The notes under the pieces: model-generated
Seen by the model: the letters and a program-made list of their open reading frames with translations, nothing else
What the model was told of the DNA's origin: nothing
The model's database searches: none
Program-made: the position numbers and the translations under genes
Part shown: in pieces, positions 50,700 to 61,501 of the stretch
Position numbering within the stretch: position 1 is the first letter of the stretch
Layout of the letters: each line of letters opens with the position of its first letter
From: Lama glama
Lineage: Eukaryota
Direction of reading: 5' to 3'
Assembly: GCA_028534125.1 (NCBI GenBank)
Contig: CM052818.1
Location: forward strand, 27,158,001 to 27,222,000
DNA: 64,000 nucleotides

Positions 50700-51320
50700 C
50701 GGTCAACTGCGAAGATTCAGGGAAAGGGAAGACGCGGAGGATGGGAGGCCCAGGACAGGTCCCGGCTGCGTCTGGCGGGCGGGCGGGGTCTCGGCGGGGC
50801 GGGGCGGGGCTCCGGGGCGGGGCCAGGCGGCGGGGCGGGGCCAGGGCGGGGCGCGCGCCTGCACCGGGCGGCGATGGCGGCGGACGGGGACTGGCAGGAT
50901 TTCTATGAGTTCCAGGAGCCGGCCCGGAGCCTCCAGGACCAGGAGAACTGTAACGCGAGCCCCGAAGCCGGGGCAGGGCCGGGCGGGGGAGGCGACGGCT
51001 TCCCAGCGCTGGCCTGCAGCTTGGAGGAGAAGCTGAGCCTGTGTTTCCGCCCCTCGGGTCCGGCCGCTGAGCCCCCGAGGGTGGCCGTGCGGCCCATCAC
51101 CGAGTGCAGCCTCCTGCAGGGGGACGAGTGAGTGCGGGCCCTGCCGGGAGCGGGCGGGAGCCTCCCCTGCCCCTCGTCCAGCCACTCGGTCCGCAGCCTT
51201 GGCGGGACTCCCGCCACAGACTCCTCCCCGCGCCCTCCTTCCTCCTCCATCAACTCCCTAGTCCCGCCCCTCCCTGTTCTCCCACCTTCTTGCTTGGGGC
51301 TTTCGGCCTCTGAGCGCCTG
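50700..51320 (+). promoter_or_regulatory. CpG island / GC-box promoter of FEZ2
   Basis: Sharp rise in GC and CpG against the AT-rich flanks. Tandem GGGGCGGGG Sp/KLF boxes at ~50795-50851 immediately upstream of the ATG; no TATA box adjacent to them. Confidence 0.9.
50874..51127 (+). CDS. FEZ2: FEZ2 coding exon 1 (MAADGDWQDFYEFQEPARSLQDQENCNASPE...SLEEKLSLCFRP...LLQGD/E)
   Basis: ATG at 50874 in a strong Kozak context (gcggcgATGg) inside the CpG island. Peptide matches the recalled FEZ2 N-terminus. Ends GA|gtgagt; 254 nt, phase 2, which matches exon 2. Confidence 0.96.
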
Positions 51321-54300
51321 GTGATTTAAATCCCCTAGTCCCCTGCCCCCCATAAGCCCTTAAACCTCTACTCCTTCCTCGAAAACCACCTCGTGTTTGG
51401 TTTAGAGGGGAGTTTCCTTGTTCAGAGCCCCGTAGTTAGAGATAGTGCCTCCTCGGGCACATGTGTAGCCATTCATTCATTCAGCTAGCATTTATTAAGC
51501 TCCTGATAAGTGCCAGAGGCTGCTTTGCTCTGGGAATACCGAGATGACTGGACATTACCCCTCTCAAGCAGAGCCAACCTAAGGAGGGAGCTAGATTTGT
51601 AAACAAACATTAGTATGGGTGTGACAAACGCCCTAATGGATATATGTGCAAAATATAGAAGATTTAAAAGGGCGTGTGTATGTTTGTCTGTGTGTAAGGA
51701 AAGACTTTGTAGAGAAAGAAATGTGAAAACTGTATCCTCATGGATGAGTGGGAGCTCGCCTAGCAGGTAAAGAAATGTATAGTATCCTAGCTCAAGGATA
51801 TAGCACATGCAAAGGTACTGAGAAGTTGAAGCAGCATTTATGCTACAGGAATTTATTGGCTTTATCTGATAACCCAGGTAGAGTGCGAGCCCCCACAGAG
51901 GCAAAAACGAAAAGTTCTGGTTATAAACAGCGAGGATCTCCTAGTCTGGAGGGGAAACCAGTGCATAAACAGGTGATTATTACAGAATTATCTAAGGGCA
52001 ATGATAGGAAGTTCACAGGGATTTATGAGAGTTAGGGGTATGGAGGGACAGAATCTATTTAACCAGCCGGAACCCCAGTTATAATTTGGTTAAGTAAGGT
52101 TGTAATTATGTGTCATGGTTTTACTCCAAAAAAAAAAATACTAGGAGGAATGATGAGAGTGAGGGAATTTGAGAATATTGTAATGTAGGTGGAGAGGAGC
52201 CCTGGAGAGGCCAAGGGTGAAATTAATGGAGTAAATGCTGAGGTCGTGGGTTAGGGATGGGTTTTCAGAATATTGATGGAATAGAGATTAGAGGTTAGGG
52301 AAGACTTCTTGAGAGATGGAGAAAGATCCATGGGCATAGAAAGGCTACTCACCTGATGGTCTCCTTTCTCTCTGAATCAGAAGATTTATCAAGAAGAGGG
52401 GGTTGGGAATGGGGAGCCTGTAAACATGGCTTAGCAGTGGTTCAGGCCCAGCTGTGCTTAGAGATCATATCTTTACATTGGTACCTCTGTACAGTGTTCT
52501 GCCCAGACACACAAGGAAGAGCTTATGATGGGAAAGTAATATACACAGATAGGCATGAAGTCAGTGGCAAAAGAATGACATTTTAAAACGTCTGCTCCCA
52601 AAGAGAAGGTAGTGTTATACGTGTATGTAGATGTATTTACTTGGAATCACTAGACACAGGACATAACTTTGACTTTAAAATTATATTATACATTTGGGTT
52701 CATCAAGAGTAACTTCTCAAAGTAGATTACTAGTTTGTAGACAAATAGTTAAGATTCCCTATTTTTGCTTCACCTGTACTGTCTGAAAAGTAGTGTATCT
52801 TAGCCTTTGCTTAAATCTTAGGTTGATGTAAAACAAAAAAATTTTTGTTACTCTTGATAATGGTTCTTAGCAGATGATATGTTGGTGGTAATGCATCTTG
52901 CTTGATTTGAGAATGCATGAGAAATCTTTTCTGAGCAGGGGCTGCTCACCACTCTCAGTGCCCCTTTCTGTTGCAGACTTCTGCTCTCCATTGCTTGATA
53001 GAGTCCTTTCCTGCTCCTTTCACTAGAGAGAGTTGAGAATTCTCTGCTTAGATAGTGCCTTGCCTTAGGTCACTTTATTTCACTTCTGAGTCCCAGTTTT
53101 AGTTTTGGTTAAATACAGATTGTGCTTATCTATGCTAAGGCTTTACTCAAGAAAGTTCTGGTGCAGGAGTCAACATCAGCAGAACTTTGACCTCCTTTGG
53201 AAAATTGCCATCCTGCTAGATGTTTGTGACTGGTTGTAGTACTTTATGATAAGGATAAAAGCAGGTCATATCTTGACCGGAGAATTCTAGAAATCTTTTC
53301 CTTAACTCTGCCCTACTTCCTTCTAGCCACAGTTGATCTGACCTTGGTGGAGATAGAGGGCTGTGAATTGTCCTTCACTTTCTTGGGAGATCAGATTCAC
53401 CCCACAGCCACTTCTCTTACATGAACTCTTCCATTACACTTGTCCTTTTATTCTAGCCTCACTTAAGATGAAGTTAACAAGCAGGCAAAACAAACCTCAA
53501 ACTCTGGACTGTCTTCACCTGCTAGAATATCCTACTTGAGTTCCTGATCAGGGTTAGGTATATTGTCAGTTACTCAGTATTTGAAAAATCTTTTACCCAG
53601 GAAGATGTAGGCCAGAAACCAAGCAAGTTTAGCAATCCAGAACTGTTGTATCCAGTTTGAGCACATTGGCATCAGAAGAGATGATGATTCCAGCAGAGGG
53701 GAGAAGAGAAATGAACCATGCATATGGGAGATTTGCTGGGTAAATGAGCCAGTTTTCTAGAGCTTTTTGGGTTCACATTTTCACTGAGGCTAATGTGCAT
53801 TCTGAAGCCAAACATCATTTTGGGATTTTATGTTTTTGGCATTTGTGGTCCCATTGCTGCTTCTCTTTAGCACCAAATCCCACTTCATTAAGTCAGTTTG
53901 TTGTTTCTCTATTTTAAAGCTTGCATTCTTATTTTTATGCCCCCGGTGGCCTTGTTTTTGTGTCCTCATGGCCTACACACTTGGAAAAAACCCCACCCAA
54001 TTATTTAGTGGCTCATTCACAGCTAGATATCTATTACAAATGTTAGGGTTTTTTGTTTCCTTTATGACATCTATGTGTATATGACATCTATGTATACATC
54101 TCTGGCCATTAAGTAGCTTATATATAGTATTGAACTTTCCTTATCCTAGTTAAACTTCATCTCTCTATATTTCTAAACTTTTTTTTCATGCAATGTCCTG
54201 TTTTCTTTAATACTGATTATTACTTTGGGACAGGAACTGAATTTTGGTCATGAAATTGGAGTCTGTTGTCCCTATTTTGGTGTGGTTTGGGATTTTCCTC

Positions 54301-54744
54301 AGTATAACTCATTTGAATTAATGCTTAAAGTTATAGAGGTGGAAGGAACATCTGTTATTCTTGTCCAAGCTGCTCATTTTACAAAGTCCATCTAATACCT
54401 ACAGAGGTTAAGGGACATGGCCAGAGACTCATTGTTTGAATGGAGACAAGATTCTGTTTTCTGAATTCCATTTTACCCTATTGTCTCGCGAAAATGCCGT
54501 TTGATAATCAGGAAGGATAACTGCATTGGATATAACCTGTGCCTTTTATCATGAACTCCTTTTCTTTCCCTTTTCCTTTTACCTTCGTCTCAGCTTATTA
54601 TATTATAAATTGGATATTAAACCTTAGTTTCTCATGGAGACTGAATTCTTTCTCCAGAAGGGAGAACAAACCTTTGGTTAGAAAGAGATTATTCACTCTG
54701 TAAAATAGTCTGTATGTTTGGAAGTTACAGAAGAAAAGTAAGTG

Positions 54745-54950
54745 TAAAATACAGTCTATTTACTACCTGTGTGGTTCTGGAAACATTACTTAACTTCCCT
54801 GTGCTTTATTTTTCTCATCTGTAAAGTGGGGATAATAATGGTTCTTCCTAATACTGTTTTGGGGCATTAAAAGAGTTAAAGTGTGTAAATTGCTCAGACT
54901 ACATGTAAATTGCTTACCTAGTGCCTGGCACACAGTACAGTGGAAATGTT
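54745..54950 (+). mobile_element. MIR SINE in intron 1
   Basis: ttacttaacttccctgtgctttatttttctcatctgtaaagtggggataataatgg...tagtgcctggcacacagta. Confidence 0.8.
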
Positions 54951-55196
54951 CGCTCTTGACTTCGGGGGAGTCTTCTCTTCTACTTCCCCTCAGGACTTGT
55001 CAGCCCCATAATATGGTTTTCCTTTAGTTTTATTTAGGAAGGTCTACTTTGTTGATGTTTTTCTGAGAAACAATAGGCTTCCTGGTTTTTTCTTTGCTTT
55101 GATATTTTTTGTTTTCTCTAACTGTAGTACTAGATATTTGTTAAATAAAGGACGTATAGAATGTTAACTTTCACTGACTGTAGTTTTCTTTTTAAG

Positions 55197-55305
55197 GATT
55201 TGGAATGCCCTGACAGATAATTATGGACATGTAATGCCTGTAGACTGGAAGTCTTCCCATACTAGGACCTTGCATTTGCTTACTCTGAACCTCTCAGAAA
55301 AAGGG
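55197..55305 (+). CDS. FEZ2: FEZ2 coding exon 2 ((E)IWNALTDNYGHVMPVDWKSSHTRTLHLLTLNLSEKG)
   Basis: Acceptor ttttctttttaag|G with branch-like cactgac upstream; donor GGG|gtaagt. 109 nt; completes the split Glu codon from exon 1. IWNALTDNY is a FEZ/UNC-76 family motif. Confidence 0.96.
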
Positions 55306-58300
55306 GTAAGTTAGGAATTGTACTAATTGTTTCTGAATAACTGAAAAGTAGCATTTCTGTTTAACCAAAGTTCTTTGAGTTGCTTATTTCCAAGCTTACG
55401 GCGATTGGAGTGGCTCTCTATTGCCATCTTGGCTCTGCTCCTGCTAACTTGCTAGTTCTTCCCTCCAGTTCTTCCCCGGCACACACTCACTTTTTTATGT
55501 TTAGGTAAATTTTCATCACCTATGCATGAACAGCAATGATCAGCCATTGTTTTCCAGCTTAAATAACATAATTTTGATGTGCTGAGAACACTGAGAACCC
55601 GTTTTTGATTTAATATATGGAGGGTACTGGAGTATCTACAGATTTAACTTTCTGGTGAATTTAATGTCTTGCTGGACATGTTATCCCAAGACTGTGTATT
55701 CCTGTGAATATTGGGGAACCTTTAAAAGGCATTTCAATTCTTGGCTTTCTGATGTGTTCTTGGTTTACCATTGGAGGCTGCCAGGTATCTTAGGACTGTA
55801 AGTGAAGACACCTTGAGTGAGAAGTGTGGGCACATGTGATAGGACAGCAAGGGGGACAGAGGAGGGAAGAGAATTGCTTTAAGTGGAAAATCAGTGTTTA
55901 AAGCTGATGAGAAGTGTAGCCAGATATAAGTTTCAGGGCCTGACTATTTAAATTCTTCATCAAATAACAATGTAAACTCTTGCCAGATCTTTTGGCATGC
56001 TCTGCATTTCATTAAGTGCGTTTGTGTAATTACTGGGAATTCAATGCAGTAGGGCTGTCAGTATTTTAAATAGTATTGTTAATATTTTGTGAAATGATTT
56101 TCTTAAATACATGATTCAGAGAAGCTTGCTATTGAATATTTTCTAGTAAAATAAAGGATTCTGACTATATTTTAGTATTCTAGTAGGTATAGCATTTTAT
56201 TGTTTGTTCCAATTATTAATCCCTTTAAGCTGTTTTGCAGACTGACCTGACATACATTTAGGGAAAGGAATAAAAAAATACCTTATGCTCTGTCTTCTGT
56301 TTATTTTGATCCTAGCTATCATTCTGGACTTGGTTTAAGTTTCCCTTCCTCTCTGAAGCTTCCTATTACTGTTTTAGCCTTTGCTGATCTCATGGAATTA
56401 TATAATTTTAGAGTTGGAAGGGACTTTAAAGGACACTTAATCCAACCTCTTACTTGGGGGGAGTCCCCACCTACACCATCTCTGACAGATGGTCATTTAG
56501 CCGTGGCCTAAATCCCCACACGGAAGGAAAATGCACTCCTCTCTGTGGGAATTGGTTACACTCGTTGGGGTGTGAAAATCTTAAGGGACTTAAAATCTGT
56601 CCCACAGAATTTAGCCCTCTAGTGTCCTGGGTGCTGGTCCATAGCACTCTGTCCCTGTCTCAAATCATTAGTGTATTCTCTTATTAATTATATGCTTCTG
56701 GGTCTGTCATTAGATTGACTTTCTGGTAGGTATCTTTGTATTTGTCTTTATTAACTACCACTGTGCCTGGGACATAGTGAGTACTAAGACTAGTGTTTGT
56801 TGAGTGAACAAATGAATAATCTCATCAGTGAGGATGTAAGGCCAGAGATCATGGTGGAAAGTTTTTTTTTTTTTTTAATGTTTTCTATATTTAACATAGT
56901 GCTGAATCTGCAGTAGCCAATCAGTGAGTACTTTTTTGTTTGACATATTAAAAAATAGTACAGAAGAGATCCTTTCATGGTTTCAAAGAGAAATATGTTA
57001 ACAGAGTGAATGGGACACTCTAATTCAGCTTCTTCAAATATTGTTCTTCAATTACCTCTTGGGACATCACTCCCTTTTTCTGCCTTTGACGGTTGTTTTC
57101 AGTGCCAGAGCAATGGTATAGCCAAGGGTAATGATTAGTAGTGACTTGGAGTTTAATACTAGTACTCTTTGTAAAAGCCTTACCTGGAAAACTCAGCGGA
57201 TTAAAATGGACCCATGATCATCCAACATCTGTCTAACTTGACGCGACTACCCAGGTGATGAACGCCACTGAGAATGCTGTTCCTCAGGAATGGGTAGCGC
57301 ACGCCAAATTCCTGAAGGACAAATGCACAACAAGGAACTAAGTAAGAAGCAACCATGTTATTCTTTTTTTTTAAATTATCCAAACTAGCACACTTTATTA
57401 ATAATTATGCCAAGATAATGGATGTAGACCAGGACTTTCCCAGTCAAACTGGGATGCATGGCCACCTATTTATAATAGTACGTTGTCTTCCAGTATGACA
57501 AAAAGCTCTTAAAAAAAAAAAGATTGATTACTCTACCAGGGATTTTACACATTCGTTCCTGTGCCATCATGGTGGAGAGAAGCTGGGTAAAGACCTCACA
57601 TCCTTTAATAGAATTAGTCACTTTCTCCTGAGGTGTTGAGACTAATTCTGATGAGCTCATCTATATTATTGGCAGCATTAATAACAGATTGGCTTGTATT
57701 GCAACCATGTTATTCTGTTAGGTAGCATGTAATTTTTTTTTTAACCTGGGGAAGTTATTTACCATTGCCAACTGTGTGCTCTATTTTTTCCATAACTGGA
57801 CTGAACTACCTTTGGGAAGCGTTCTTTAGATTATTCCAACTGTAAAACAGGGTCTATTTGAAATTGTTTGACACAGGGAGAAGAAATTTCTTTTGCATTA
57901 AGATGACTAAAACATTCAGGAACCCACAGTTCCCTAGATTTCAGATATTAATTTTTTTTTCATTGATGTTTAAGATGGCACACTTTGGGTCTTTTCTAGA
58001 GGAAGGCGACTAGTACATTCCAAATTCTTACATGCGCACATTTTTTCCACTTGAGGCAGCTTCAGTTTCATAGCGGGAAACAGAACCACAGCTCTGTATC
58101 TCAGCCTGGCACAGGAAGGAGTGATGGGAATGCTTGGCAAAGAGCAGGCATGTTGGTGCCGAGTGGGAGCGTGAATTATGACACCCGTGACAGCCAAGGT
58201 TAGTTTTCAAAGCCTGAAAGGGATTCCAGCCCTGAGCATATGCCATCTCTGTGGGGAATGGGCTTGGCTCCCTCTCTGGAAAGATGGTCTGGGATCATTA

Positions 58301-58575
58301 TTTCTGTTGTCATGGAAATTTATTCTAATGGCTTATCGGTATCACTCATGTGTTTTGGCAATAGCTGCAAACCGGTTCTAAATCCAGTGCAGTTCTTGAT
58401 CATGCTTATGTGATAGAAAGCTTCTAAATCACTTTCCTTTAGGAACATCTCCTGTGCCATATTCTTCTCTGGCCATGAGTATTTCTTTGGGGACAGAGAC
58501 TTTGTTTAATGTACCTTTATACCTTGAAGAGTAGAAACAGGAAGAAGATTATAACATTTTCTTTAAGAGTAATTT

Positions 58576-58718
58576 AATTTTCTTTTTTTTTGGTTAATGG
58601 GGAAGGTAATTAAGTTTATTTATTTATTTGTTTTTAAGTGGAGATACTGGGGATTGAACCCAGGACCTCGTGTGTGCTAAGCACACACACTACCAACTGA
58701 GCTATATGCTCCCCTCTG
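58576..58718 (-). mobile_element. Camelid Vic-1-type tRNA-Ala-derived SINE in FEZ2 intron 2
   Basis: Reverse complement reads gaggggagcatatagctcagttggtag...cttagcacacacgaggtcctgggttcaatccccagtatctcc followed by an AAAT-rich tail. TSD taagagtaattt at 58564-58575 and 58719-58730. Confidence 0.9.
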
Positions 58719-60359
58719 TAAGAGTAATTTTAAAATTAAAACTTCCACTTGTCTATCGGGGAGAAACGAAATAAACTATGGTTCCCAAGTAACAGCGTAG
58801 AATTGTGATTTTTGGGGGGTGTTGGAAGTTAAGGATCAATGAGTGTAGTTGTTAGGTTTACTCTATGTTATCCGTATACCCTTCTGGTCGTATGGCTGCA
58901 CTTTTCATCTCCACTTTTACAGTCTTGGAACCAAACATCCTCTCTCATCAAGAGCCAAGTCTCTTGGCTTTTCTCCTTTCTTATTAACAGGATAACTATC
59001 TAGTTTAAAAAGCTAAAGTAAAGCTCTGGGACTTAACATGAAGCAGCAGCCTCTGCCCTACTTACCTTGTCATCCTTGGTTTCCACTCACCAGAGGCCAG
59101 CATCTTGAACTACTTCAGCTGTTTGTTCCAGCAGAGGACATTCTCCTGTCATTTTACTTGACTTTACCCTTAGGGTAATAATTGCCTTTTTGTGGTTGAT
59201 TTAGGTTATCATTGGCTCACTAATTCAACCTCAGAGCCATAAAACTCATTTTAGTCAGTGAAACACGCTAGATAATCTGTCGATCTCTTTTCTTTCTCTC
59301 TGTCTTGCTTTTCTTGATTCCTTCTGCAGTAACGGTTCTAATCTGAACTAGTTACTCTCTAGTTGAGCTTCACAGCCATCATTCTGGGAACTTCACATCA
59401 CCATCATTACAAGAGTTCCTTTCATCTCTTCTTGTGTTAGATCCTATGTCTGCTTCCTTTTTCATTTTCCTCCTGGTTTTAATGGAGCATATTCTGCAGT
59501 ACCTTCTTGAAAAAGGGTGCATGAAAGGTAGTCTTTGAGAACTTGAGTGTTTGAAAATGTCTTTATTCTCACCCCTCCCCTAATAGTTTAGATGGATATG
59601 TGAATCTAGGGTACCATTTTTCAAAACATGGCAGTTACATTAATTTTCTGCTTCTGTTATTTGAATTCTCAACAGCAACATTTTGATTTCTGATCCTTTT
59701 AATGTGATGGTTTCCTTTTCTCTCAAAGCTTTTAGGTTCCGCCCTCAACAGTGTTCTGAAATTTCATGATATGTCAAAGGCCGTGTGCAGGCCTTTTCCT
59801 AGCCTGATGGTGCAGTGAGAAAGGTGAGAAGGATGAGGAGGTGTGTCACGACGGTGGTGTAGCATGGTGTCGCAGTGTGTGGTCTGGATAAAGCCTGGGG
59901 TGCTGACGTGGCTCCTCTCCCAGCCTGATGTTAGGAGAGGCAGCACCCCAGCAGTTTTCTTTGCACTGCTCACCTGCAGGTGTCTTACTCTGCGGGCTGT
60001 GTTCACCATCAAACTTTGGATATGTGAGGAATGAGGGAGGCAGTAGGGACCTCCCTCTATCCAGTTGTATCTTCAGTTTCGTGTATATTCTCTGCGCTGG
60101 TAAATAATTTTCCCAGGTCAAACATTATTTTCTAAATTATATACCATCTGATGGAAACATACAGTTGCTTCTTGCATAGTTCTTGTTGCCCATTTGTTCT
60201 TTGGGAACTCCACGTGTGCCACTCCTTCTGAGGAACAGAGTCTTAATTTCAGTTCTGCTCATCGTCTGGATGGTCATGTCATGACAGATAGGTGTAGTAT
60301 AGAAGACCACTTGTCTATTTTAATCTGCTGAGTTTTCCAGGGTAGGCCTTCAGAGTTAG

Positions 60360-60770
60360 TAAACTCTAGGTCGTTATTATGGGGGCTGTTAATGTTGGTT
60401 GGGGCAGGTTAAAGGACACCACGGTGTGGTGTGATGCCCCAGGGGCGGCAACAGCAAGCGGCCCACCCGGCCTTGAAGAGAGGTAAAGAAAGGAAGAGGC
60501 CACCAGACCTGGAGAGAGTGCAGTAGGGCAGAGGTCAGCTGGATAGGAGCTGCAGCCTCTGGAAATCTGGTAAAGGAGACGGCAGAGTAAATGCGCAGTC
60601 CTCACGCTCTCACCTTCCAGTCTCCTGCTAGCGTCTACCAGTGCTGTCAACCCAACTGGAAGCCAGAAGTCAAGGGCATCCTTTGATGTAGTTCATAAAG
60701 GTCCGCCTCCTGGGGCACCTACTAGGGAGGAAACTGGCAGTGAGGCAAAGGGAAAATCTCCAGCATGGTT
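60360..60770 (-). mobile_element. Old ERVL-type LTR (LTR33/16-like) in intron 2
   Basis: ccttccagtctcctgctag...caacccaactggaagccagaagtcaagggcatcc...gatgtagttcata...gcctcctggggcac. Confidence 0.55.
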
Positions 60771-61384
60771 AGGTTTAAAGATATTTTTGGAGCCTAGAAT
60801 TACTCTTCTTTTTGGAAGAAGGGGTAGATACTCACCTGGATGGCTAAGCAGGATCCTTGTGGACAGGTCCCGTCTGGCCAGGGAGTTGATTATTTATCTT
60901 TCACTCTGTTAGAAGTTAGTTTGTGAGTAATCAACTTTATGTTTTCTGTGGAATTTTAACATATGCCAATCTTACTATTAGATCGTTAATTTAATAACAT
61001 TTGCTGCTAACCCTGCCTGTTCCCCACCCCCCCATCTCCATTTGCTGTAATTCCATACAACTTACTAACAAACACCATGTATCTTTGTACTTCTAGACGC
61101 TCTTCCCCGTGGAGTAAACAGCTAAGTGTGTGTCTGTATCAGACAATAGGGGAGGCGTGCAGCACCTTAGCAATTTCATATTCATTCCACAGTCCTCTCA
61201 TTTCTGTTTGAGATGAATATGCAGAGCACCTCACCCCCAGCCTGTACAGAGCAGCTGTTGTAACATCTCCACTTTAAAGCTCCTGGCAGAAGCATGCTTT
61301 CCTGTGCAGCCTCCTTCACCCAGACACTTTGACTGTTGTGATCAGAATGTCCTGCTTTTCACCCTGGGTATTTTTTGTTTTTAG

Positions 61385-61501
61385 ATGAGTGACAGCCTGT
61401 TCTTTGATACCTCGGATGACGAGGAGCTGAGAGAACAGCTGGATATGCACTCAATCATCGTCTCCTGTGTCAACGACGAGCCCCTCTTCACTGCAGACCA
61501 G
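61385..61501 (+). CDS. FEZ2: FEZ2 coding exon 3 (MSDSLFFDTSDDEELREQLDMHSIIVSCVNDEPLFTADQ)
   Basis: Acceptor ttttttgtttttag|ATG; donor CAG|gtaccg. 117 nt, phase 0-0, open frame. Contains the family motif LDMHSIIVSCVNDEPL. Confidence 0.96.

Noticed and set aside
50685..50873. In-frame N-terminal extension of FEZ2 suggested by ORF 50685..51131
   Set aside because: Starts at TTG and runs through the GC-box promoter; openness is explained by GC richness. The near-cognate CTG at 50859 has a weak context.
50703..51253. Antisense ORFs of 160 and 116 aa over exon 1
   Set aside because: Typical stop-poor shadows of a CpG-island exon; Pro/Ala/Arg/Gly-rich with no recognisable domain.
54063..54096. 17-bp tandem duplication tatgacatctatgt(g/a)ta x2
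   Set aside because: Two-copy slippage duplication in intron 1; no spacers, not an array.
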